Assembly (NCBI GenBank): GCA_964016885.1
Contig: OZ024743.1
Coordinates: 367,288,001-367,352,000, forward strand
Direction: 5' to 3'
From: Eledone cirrhosa
Taxonomy: Eukaryota
DNA: 64,000 nucleotides
Below, one piece after another: positions 48,917-58,536 of this stretch. The notes below the pieces were generated by a model. The model ran no database searches, was not told the DNA's origin, and worked only from the letters and a program-made list of their open reading frames with translations. The position numbers and the translations under genes were made by a program. Position 1 is the stretch's first letter. Every line of letters begins with the position of its first letter.

Positions 48917-50977
48917 TTGAACAATAAGGTAGATGAAGCAGTCAAGGCCAAGAGACAGGCATGGAAAGAATGGAAGAACGGGGGGAGCAGGGTACATTAC
49001 ATAGAGACCAAGAGGGAAGCTAGGCGACAAGTATACTTAGCTAGGAGGGAAGCAGAGGATAGAAAATTCAAGCATGTTTTACAACGTGAGGACCAGAAAC
49101 AGGAGGTATTCAAGATTGCGAGGCAGTGTGTCAGAGATAGTTGTGATGTCATTGGAGAGAAGTGTATCCGGAATGATAAAGGTGAGCTTGCCCTCACAAG
49201 TGCTGAGAAGAAAGATGCATGGAAGAGTCATTATGATAGATTACTAAATGAGGAGAATGCATGGGAAGAAGAGACCCTACCCCACGTAGACCCTATAGAG
49301 GGACCAGCAGTACAAGTCTGCGGCAGCGTAGTAAGTAAGGCAATCAGAGATATGAAGATAGGGAAGGCAACCGGTCCATCGGGTATAGCTGCCGAGATGC
49401 TGAAGGCATCTGGGTCTGTAGGTCACACTATAACCACACGTATCGTTAACCAGGTAATACTAGAGGGGGCCATACCAAAAGATTGGTGCAGTAGCATCAT
49501 TGTCAACTGCTACAAAGGTAAAGGCGATGCACTAGATAGAGGAAACTATAGAGGTATAAAGTTGATGGACCAGGTCATGAAAGTAACAGAAAGAGTTATA
49601 GCACAGCTGATTAGGGACCGGGTGAATATAGACGAGATGCAATTTGGGTTTGTTCCAGGGAAAGGCACCACTGATGCGCTCTTCCTTGTGAGGCAATTAC
49701 AGGAAAAGTACCTAGCTAAAAGTAAGCCACTCTACTTGGCATTTGTCGACCTTGAGAAAGCCTTTGACAGAGTTCCACGTGCAGTAATCTGGTGGGCTCT
49801 TAGAAAACTAGGAGTAGATGAATGGCTTGTGAAAGCGGTACAAGCCATGTATAGGGGAGCAGTCAGCAAAGTTAGGATTGGCAATGAGTATAGCGAGGAA
49901 TTTAGCGTACAGGTTGGGGTCCACCAGGGCTCTGTTCTTAGCCCTCTCCTGTTCATCATAGTCCTGCAGGCAATAACGGAGGAGTTTAAGACCGGATGCC
50001 CATGGGAACTCCTGTATGCTGATGACCTCGCACTCATAGCTGAATCTATGGTAGAACTAGAGAATAAATTCCAAACCTGGAAGCAGGGACTAGAGAGAAA
50101 GGGCCTCAAAGTCAACATGACAAAGACTAAGGTCCTTATAAGTAGACGAGAAAACAGAACCCAGATCCCCTCAGGGAAATGGCCTTGCTCAGTATGTAGG
50201 AAAGGTGTAGGTAGGAACTCCATTCTTTGCCCCAAATGCAAACAATGGGTACACAAGAGATGTAGCGGGATCTCAGGAAGCTTAATTAAGAATGTAGGAT
50301 TCACATGCAGCAGCTGTGCTGAAACAGCAAGCAAACAGCCACAGGAAACAAGTACCACCAATCTCTGGGAGGGCCCTGTAGAAACAGTAGACAGCTTCTG
50401 CTACCTAGGTGACCGAATTAGCAACGGAGGTGGGTGCTCAGAAAGTACAATAACTAGGGTAAGAACGGGATGGAAGAAGTTTAGGGAACTACTACCACTG
50501 CTAGCTGCAAAAGGCTTCTCCCTCAGAATGAAAGGCAGACTGTATGATGCGTGTATCCGAACAGCGATGTTGCATGGTAGTGAGACCTGGGCGCTGAAGG
50601 TGGAAGACTTACGTAGATTAGAGAGAAACGAAGCCTGCATGCTCCGATGGATGTGTAACAGTAATATACGTGAACGACAAAGCATAAATGAATTGAGAGA
50701 GAGACTGAGCATAAGAGGAATCAAATGCTGCGTGCAGGAGAGGCGGTTACGCTGGTATGGACATGTGATGCGTATGAAGGATGACAGCTGCATAAAAAGG
50801 TGCAGAGCACTAGAAGTTGATGGAAACCGCGGAGTGGGGAGACCCAAGATGACTTGGGATGAGGTGATAAAAGCCGACCTTACCCAACTACACCTCTCAA
50901 AGTCAATGACACACGACCGTGACTTCTGGCGTCACGCAGTAATACAGGGTACCCGACCTCCCATGGGTACATGCTGA
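48917..50977 (+). CDS. RTE RT ORF (lacks endonuclease because of 5' truncation) with PHD finger at 50186-50317
   Basis: 686-aa open frame with all RT motifs (LYADD) and a C4HC3 finger. Confidence 0.9.
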   Translation: MNNKVDEAVKAKRQAWKEWKNGGSRVHYIETKREARRQVYLARREAEDRKFKHVLQREDQKQEVFKIARQCVRDSCDVIGEKCIRNDKGELALTSAEKKDAWKSHYDRLLNEENAWEEETLPHVDPIEGPAVQVCGSVVSKAIRDMKIGKATGPSGIAAEMLKASGSVGHTITTRIVNQVILEGAIPKDWCSSIIVNCYKGKGDALDRGNYRGIKLMDQVMKVTERVIAQLIRDRVNIDEMQFGFVPGKGTTDALFLVRQLQEKYLAKSKPLYLAFVDLEKAFDRVPRAVIWWALRKLGVDEWLVKAVQAMYRGAVSKVRIGNEYSEEFSVQVGVHQGSVLSPLLFIIVLQAITEEFKTGCPWELLYADDLALIAESMVELENKFQTWKQGLERKGLKVNMTKTKVLISRRENRTQIPSGKWPCSVCRKGVGRNSILCPKCKQWVHKRCSGISGSLIKNVGFTCSSCAETASKQPQETSTTNLWEGPVETVDSFCYLGDRISNGGGCSESTITRVRTGWKKFRELLPLLAAKGFSLRMKGRLYDACIRTAMLHGSETWALKVEDLRRLERNEACMLRWMCNSNIRERQSINELRERLSIRGIKCCVQERRLRWYGHVMRMKDDSCIKRCRALEVDGNRGVGRPKMTWDEVIKADLTQLHLSKSMTHDRDFWRHAVIQGTRPPMGTC

Positions 50978-51277
50978 AGCATATAAACAATATGCCCCCC
51001 CCCCCACCGCAAGGTGGTCGTGGAGGTGCCACGGCAAAAAAGCACCCAGCCCACACTGTAAAGTGGACGTGTAGGCGCCACGAAAAAGCACCCAGCACTC
51101 ACTGTAAATGAGGTTGGTGTTAGGAAGGGCATCCAGCTGTAGAAATCAAGCCAGATCAGTTCCTGTATGAGCAAGGCATGGTCAGCCGACCAGACACTGC
51201 CCACAACAGGACAACCCGTCTAACCCATGCTAGCGTGGAAGAACGGACGTAAAACGGTGATGATGATGATGATGATG
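48922..51277 (+). mobile_element. 5'-truncated RTE LINE (subfamily B), apparently young
   Basis: Uninterrupted RT-PHD ORF to the stop at 50977, 3'UTR, (GAT)n tail; probable TSD AGTTGAA at 48915-48921 and 51278-51284. Confidence 0.95.
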
Positions 51278-52249
51278 AGTTGAATGAACATTAACTCTAC
51301 TGAACTTACTTCTCAACTATTTTAGAGCTTACATGTGTTTTAAGGGAGCTCTGACTGCTGCTTCTAGCACATTCGAGTATATATGTGTACTAGTAGTATA
51401 GGTGTGTAGAGTCATCTATATATAGGTATATATTTATTTAATGCTGCTGATTTTTTAGGGGATGGACAGTGTGTGTATGTCTGCTATACATTTGTGTTTA
51501 TGCGCTAGTATATATGGGTTAGTGGACCCATATCTAGCTATATACTTGACCCCTCGCTGCTTGACAGTGACCACCACAACAAGCAGCCTCCTGTTTCTGT
51601 CCATATGAGAGATAGAAATCTATAAATCTTGAGTTAAAATCTATATTAGGATCTTAGTATCAGATGACAAGTAACACATTTTTACGTTGAGCTTTAGAAA
51701 TAAAGTATAGAATACGAAAATGATTTGGATTTAGATTTGTAACAAAGCAATCTCCAACAGTGACAATCTGTGCAGAAACTGTGGCTCACAATAATAGAAA
51801 ACTAGTAAATTTAAGACACTATGCAGGAATTTTTTTTCAGGTAGTTTTGAGAAGATAAACATATGTAGTGTCCCCCTATCGTTATACATGGTTGTGGTTT
51901 ATCCCCATCACGGGATACAATAAAAATGAGTCAACCTTCACAAATCTGTATATTTCCTGTGGGTATACAGTAGTTCAACCTTTCAGACAATGAAAAACTG
52001 TTGTATTGGCATGAGGGATATTCTAGCTGTGCAGATGATCATCTGTTTTGACATTGGATAGGCACACACACTCTATTTAGCAAAGAACTACAGGTTTACA
52101 GGAGGAGCTGTGCCTCTGTTCAAATTAGCAACTGTAAAACAAACCATGACAGAACAACAACACAATTCCCCATATCGCATAGCTCGTCATGTAGGTCACA
52201 AGAACATGTCCCCTGATAGAAAAAAGGTCAGGGTCAAAACATTGGTTAC

Positions 52250-52635
52250 TAGATCCCTTCTGAAATGCAAGAAATTTATAGGTATAACTAGGAGAATAAA
52301 TGAACTTACAGCATTCTGTGAACTTTACAAGCTTGAAGTTACATGTGTAGAAGAACATTATTATTACCACCCTGATGATATAATCAAATATTATTTTTAA
52401 AAAGGCTGGATACTTGTGTCTAGTTCAGCTGAGAAGGCTCAAAACAATCAAACCATTGGAGGAGTAAACATGATTTTAAGTCAGAAAGCACAAGAATCTT
52501 TGCTCTGTATTGAGCCTATAACGTCAAGAATAATGATAGTAACTTCCAATGGAAATCCAAAGTTAACCATAATCTGTTGTTACAGTCCTACAAATACTGA
52601 AGAATTAGAGATTGCTGAACATTTTTACAATGAAC
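52250..52635 (+). mobile_element. LINE APE endonuclease relic
   Basis: IGGVNMILS...ITSRIMIVT..GNPKLTIICCYSPTN; cut off by a (TA)n run. Confidence 0.65.
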
Positions 52636-52653
52636 TGTCAGGTTTGATACGTC

Positions 52654-52717
<64 letters not shown>

Positions 52718-52867
52718 GGTGAGAGAGAGGGTGAGAGAGAAAAGAGGAAGGAAGTTAATGACAGGAGAAAAGTGTGAGATATCTAAAGTTTCAGTCCTTT
52801 GATCTCATGTAGCTACAATAAATAGTGCATGCTAAAAGAAAAAGACAAACAAAAAAACACTTGAAAG

Positions 52868-53066
52868 TTAGTGATGTGATAGTGTTCTACCTGATGGTCG
52901 TGCACTTCCTGTCTCTGGTTGAGATGTACCTCCTCGGAGTAATTTACCATAAATACTTATTGCAGCAACAAGGAAGCAAAGTACGATTGGGCCAATCAGG
53001 GCTCCTTCCAAACCCAGGCAGTAGATTCCTCCAGCAATAGATAGACCAGTCATGTATGGGTGACCA
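52868..53066 (-). CDS. TMEM245: Transmembrane protein 245 (TMEM245) C-terminal coding exon
   Basis: Polypyrimidine tract and AG acceptor at 53067-53068, then (G)GHPYMTGLSIAGGIYCLGLEGALIGPIVLCFLVAAISIY, matching the recalled conserved TMEM245 C-terminus ([30 protein letters not shown]). It ends either at the stop (52868) or at a possible donor CAG|GTAGAA at 52891/52890. Confidence 0.85.
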
Positions 53067-53764
53067 CTGTAAATAGATAAAATAAAACATGAATTATAAA
53101 TCTCTTTTTTCTATGTACATTTATGATGAGGATAAGAATGATGTACATCTTCCCACTTCTATAAAAAATGATGATCAAATGAATGACCTACTTTTTAAAA
53201 TAGCATGCATAGTGACTGAGCATTCCACAGACACATACCCTAAATGTAATTCACAAGCGGAATCAGTGTGCCACAGTGTGATAAGGCCACACCCTTTAAT
53301 TAGAAGTACAGTCCATCAAATGGACTTCCAGATAGCTTTAGTCTACCTAATTTTTGTCCCAAAGCTTATGTTAACCTAAGGCTATTGTAAAAAAAATGCC
53401 AATTAATTAACTCTTCCATTAAAATTTTTGACTTGGTGCCTATGTTAGAAACAATATATCGAATATCAAAGCTGCTGTATCTGTGGCATAAAATGTCTGT
53501 CACACTGGGGAGAGGAGATGGTAAGAGAGTGGATGATGAGAGGGAGAGAGCTGATGGTGGTGGTGATTTTTTAATCTTATGTCTTTATGGAAAGGAGATA
53601 GAGAGAGAGAGGGGGGGGGGTCAGCGCACTCTGTATGAAGTATATTGTTTGTCCACAAATATTAAATGAGTAAAATATTCTATTTTGGTAGTTGCAGTCA
53701 TTGTTAAATCTATTTGATTTGTTTTATTATGTTGCATATATGTAATTAAGTAGTGCATATATTA

Positions 53765-53970
53765 TTTTGGCAGAATTGTTAGAGTATTGGACAAAATTGT
53801 TTATGGCATTTACAGCCCTTTTTATTCTGATTTCAAATCCTGTTGAGGCCAGCATTACCTTTCCTCCTTCTGAGGTTGACAAAATAAAGTACACATTAAA
53901 TACTGAGGTTGAAATAATTGACTTTCCATCCCCTATATTGCTGGCCATGAGCCAAAATTAGAAATTGTTA
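53765..53970 (+). mobile_element. Old SINE (Meta-like core)
   Basis: ttggcagaattgttagag...tttcaaatcc...aaaataaagtac...ctggccatgagccaaaattagaaattgttatt. Confidence 0.65.
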
Positions 53971-54279
53971 TTTGGGTGTATACCAGCAGTAAAATTGCTG
54001 CAAATGAGGCTAATTAGCCGATGTATACATTTACAAATACTATGTATTCTCAGCAGTTTCAGTGGATAGCAGTGAGCAGAATACACAATCTTGATAAGGA
54101 GCAAAACACTCTGAAACAATTGTCAATTGTTTTCTCTCAGCTACAGCTGGTACAAAAGAATGTCATCTAACATGTGGTGTTTATGAGGCTGTTTGCTTAT
54201 AAACAAACTGAATATTAATAATGTTATGATATTATTATAATATTATTATTATTCACAGACGTATATATATATATATACA

Positions 54280-54535
54280 AAGGTAAATCCCCTTTAGAAA
54301 GTTCCCCTCTGAAGCACAAGCCTGGGTAAGGTGTTTTTGTGGAAGATAAGCATACCAATCTCTCCTTTCTACACTGCACAAAAGTGACATTGCAACTCAT
54401 TTCTACAGCTTAGTAAACTGGAACAATGTAAAATAAAGTGTTTGCTCAAGGATGCAACACATCATCCAGTCCAGGAATCAAACTCACAACTTCACGATTG
54501 TGAATCCAGCACACTAACCACTGAGGCATGCACTA
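54280..54535 (-). mobile_element. CORE-like SINE relic
   Basis: Homologous to 28262-28405 (ctcatttctacagct..taaactgg...aaataaagtgttt.gctcaagga). Confidence 0.65.
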
Positions 54536-55334
54536 TCATATATATATAAAACGTTTAAAATGTCATATTCATCTTTAATAATTGGCAGTTGTTTCTTATT
54601 AAACTGTAGATTTTCCACAGGGTCAACTAATTATTATTTGTGTTGTTATATCACCACTGACTGCCTCTATGGACTCATCACATTGCTGGGGATAATGTAT
54701 CTTAATTTTTTTCCAGGCCTTCCTTAACCATGGTTAAGCCTCACAGGGTTTATAACAGTTTGGTTTTAATGCCAGGGCATAATGATGCAATGTATGTTTA
54801 ACTGACAGCACTTGAAGAATTGTGTTCACAAACCTATACAAATGCATACATACAGAAAGAGAGAGAGAGAGAGCGGTTATACATGCACAGCAATGATACA
54901 TAGTCTACAGACCTCTCCTACTTCAATTTTAAATGTATTTGTTGAATGCAATGCCTTGCATGCTTGGCTTATTCTTTGTTATTCTAGAAGAATCCAACAG
55001 TTACATAAATTCTCTAGAATGTCTAATGATCTGTTTAAAGCCATATTTTGCACCATTTACTTGATTAGAAACATTTTATAAAAAGTTGCTGGCATCATCC
55101 TTCAGAAGTCAGTAGCTGTGAAGAGTTATTAAATGTATTGATATTTAGAATACTACTATCTATCCAATTTTCATTGGCAGATTGGAAAACTCTCACTGAT
55201 TGCTTGCAGTGCTGTCTTTATATCCTGACATAATAAAACAAACCCCTCAAAACCTGTTTTTTTTTAAATCTTACAATGCTTGAGCACATTTAAAAGAAGG
55301 CATATATTGGAATTAACAAATATTATTACCTAGT

Positions 55335-56070
55335 ATGTAGCCTTACTGGCAAATACCTGAAAAGGTTGAAGGGGGAGGGAGTATACCAGCAACATATACA
55401 AAACTGGCTACTAAAAGCTGAGATGGAAGGATGTCTATTTGCAGCACAAGACCAAAGCCTCTCAACCAGAAACCAACAGAAGTACATTATGAAGCAGAAC
55501 ATAAGTAACTGCAGAATGTGTGGAGGTAGAGAAAAAACAATTAACAAAATTATCACTGGTTGCCCTGTCTTAGCCAAAAAGGAATGCATCCATAGAAATG
55601 ATAGAGTAGGGACTTACATACACTGGAAATTAACCCAACATCATGAAATACCAACAGACAAAAAATGGTACAGACACACACCAGAAACGTATCAGAGAAT
55701 GATAAGGCAACCAATCTCTGGGATATGCCAATACATACAGACAGAGAGATCAAAGTCAACCAACAGGATATCATAGTCAAAGGCTACAAAGAAAACAAAT
55801 GTCTTCTATTATAATTGATGTATCAATCCCCACAGATGATAATATATCTACTAAGGAAATGGAGAACTCTCCAAATATAAAGATCTAGAGATAGAAATAA
55901 CCTAAATGTGGATGATGAAGAGAAAAACAATACCTATAATAATAGGTGCTCTGGGAATGATAAAAAAACGCACAGACAGATACATAACTCAAACTCCGGG
56001 ATACAAATATGTACACCATACAAAAAATAGCACCCTTAGGCACTGCATACATATTACAGAGTACTCTAAA
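55335..56070 (+). mobile_element. R4/Dong-clade LINE 3' fragment (zinc knuckle plus REL endonuclease)
   Basis: EGCLFAAQDQSLSTRN, CRMC...TINKIITGCPVLA...RNDRVG..IHW, LWDMPIHTDREIKVNQQDII, PIIIGALG. Confidence 0.8.
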
Positions 56071-56075
56071 TACAA

Positions 56076-56215
56076 TTGTTTCTACTTTAGACACAAGGTC
56101 AACAATTTTAGGGGAGGGGAAAGTCAATTAAATCGACCCCAGTGTATTACTGGTACTTTACTTTATTGACCCCATAAGGATGAAAGGCAAAGCTAACCTC
56201 GGTGGGATATGAACT
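56076..56215 (-). mobile_element. SINE fragment (Meta-like core, longer 3' variant)
   Basis: ttgtttctactttag.cacaagg...tactggtacttta.tttattgaccccataaggatgaaaggcaaag. Confidence 0.7.
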
Positions 56216-56249
56216 CCCTGAGTACTTATATTGAGTACTCTCAATATAA

Positions 56250-58100
56250 TAGAAGCAATACCACACTGCACATACCCAGAACATACAGAGCTGCATTTGG
56301 TAATGCAAAATAATAATGATGATGGGAAGAGGAGGTTACCATCAACCACCTCCTCTTCATGGACAACCTAAAACTCCTAGGGAAGATCGAGAAGGAGTTG
56401 AATATACTTGTTGACACTGTCTGTATTTTCAGCAATGATGTATTTATGGAATTTGGTGTTAACAAGTGTGGAGTTCTAGTGATGAGGAAAGGTATATTGA
56501 AGAGAAGCAAAAAAAAAATCGAGGTACCAACAGGTGAGATATTAAAAGAGATCGACATTGAAGAGGGATATAGGTATTTGGATGTTCTGGAGGCAGAAAA
56601 CATCAAGGAAAAAAGATGAAAGAGATGATAAGATCTGAATACATAAGAAGAGTAAGGAATATACTAAAATCACAGCTGAATAGTAGAAATGCCATAAGTA
56701 CTGTAAATTCCTGAGCTGTGTCTATTATTAGGTACGGGGGATTGGCAGTATCGGTAGAGAGTCGGACACCATGCTTTGAAGCATAGAGTTACGTCCCTTT
56801 ATGATCTGAGTTCAAACCCTGCCGAGGTTAACTTTGCCTTTCATCCTTACGGTGTCGATAAAATAAAGTACCAGTAATGCACTGGGTAATTTGCTGGCCT
56901 TGTGCCAAAAGTAGAAACAATTATTAGGTACAGTGCAGGAATTCTTAAATGGAATGTAAACGAGCAAAAAGCACTGGATAGAAAGACAAGGAAATTAATG
57001 ACCTCCTACAGTATGTTTCATAAGATGGGTAATGTTGATAGATTATACTTAAGGAGATCTAAAGGTGGCAGAGATCTAATCAGCATGGAGGATGATGTTC
57101 AGATGGAGAAGAGCTGCCTACATAAATATGTGTCTGAGAGTAACAAGCCAATACTTAAGGCTGTATTGAGGGAGGAGGCAATAGATCAGGGGATGTCCAA
57201 GAAATAAGTAACAACAAAGAGGAAGAACAACCTGAAAGAAAAGGTCTTCATAGCATCTTTTTAAAGAAAACAATTCAGAAATCAGTTCAGAAAACAATTC
57301 AGACATGAAACTGGTTAAAGAAAGGGGACCTTAAGAAAGCCACAGAGAGAATGTTACTGGCTGCACAGGAGCGAGCCCTTAGAATGAAATGGATGAAACA
57401 CCATATTGACAATGAGGAGGCTATTCCACTCTGTAGGATCTGTGGAGAGAGAGAGAGAGGAATCTGTAGCTCACATTGTATCCGAGTGTAAAAACCTAGC
57501 CCAGACTCACTATAAAGGATGGAGGCATGATATCATAGGAAAAGTGATTAACTGGCATTTATACAAACTGAATAAATTACCTTATTCTGAGAAATAGTTT
57601 GAGCATAAGCCAGAATCGGTGATAGAAAATGACCAGGTGAAGATGCTGTGAGATTTCAGGATACAAATGGACAAAAAATTAGATCACAATAGGCCTGACC
57701 TGGTAGTTTTTGACAAGGAAGCAAGATTGGTTATAGATGTAGCTTGCTCCTTTGACACAAGTGCAAGAAAAGGAGAAGGAGAAAATTAACCAGTATCAGG
57801 ATTTAAAGTGGGAACTGAAAACGATTTGGAACTGTCATGTGATTAAGGTTGTCCCCATCATCATAGGAGCACTAAGTATATCTCAAAGAGTTTCCAAGTC
57901 TGGTTAAAGAACATTAGTTAAGCTCCCTTTTTTGGGAACACTTCAGAAGGCATGCCTACTGGAAACAGAAGGACCCTCTGATATGTCCTGAATATTTGAG
58001 GCTGCAGGTTGTGGCTTGATGTTCATTAGGGTAAATTTTCTGGTTAAATAACATCAATTACTGAGATATCAATGCAATAATAATAATAATAATAATAATA
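56250..58100 (+). mobile_element. 5'-truncated R4/Dong-clade LINE with (TAA)n tail
   Basis: INHLLFMDN (RT), MEFGVNKC, YRYLDVLE, IIRYSAGILKW, CRIC...HIVSECKNLAQTHY..RHD, NRPDLVV (REL), (TAA)n at 58076-58100. Confidence 0.88.
56736..56919 (+). mobile_element. SINE inserted in the Dong LINE
   Basis: 12-bp TSD ATTATTAGGTAC at 56724-56735 and 56920-56931; removing the insertion restores AVSIIRYSAG. Confidence 0.92.
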
Positions 58101-58277
58101 ATTGTTTCTACTTTAGGCACAAGGCCAGCAAATACCCAGTGCATTACTGGTACTTTATTTTATCGACCCCGTAAGGATGAAAGGCAAAGTCAACCTCGGC
58201 GGGATTTGAACTCAGATCGTAAAGGGACGTAATTATGCTGGAAAGCATGGCGTCCGACCCTCTACCGATACTGCCAA
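58101..58277 (-). mobile_element. SINE (Meta-like core) between the Dong tail and the Tx1 tail
   Basis: Close match to the 17921 copy; AATAATAAT on both sides. Confidence 0.9.
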
Positions 58278-58536
58278 TAATAATACTTTCTTTATTAACC
58301 ACAAGGGTTTACATAAAGTAGACATTAAGGACAGTACAGGACAATACAGGACGGTACAAATGGGCATTTCTGCATGTAAAAAACAAAAATAGAGGATGTA
58401 ACAAAAAAAATAACAATGAAAAATTCCCCAATAGGGGGGAGACTTCCGAGGGACATTCGTGGAGAAAGCCCATTAAAAAGCTACAGTGACCCTGACCACC
58501 AGGGCAAGTGCCCTCTCCCAGTTTTCCACCTTTAAT

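Noticed and set aside
49732-50847. Long antisense ORFs over the RTE RT (also 7194-8336, 19355-20239, 35657-36346)
   Set aside because: Shadow ORFs on the opposite strand of RT coding sequence, recurring only because the element is repeated.
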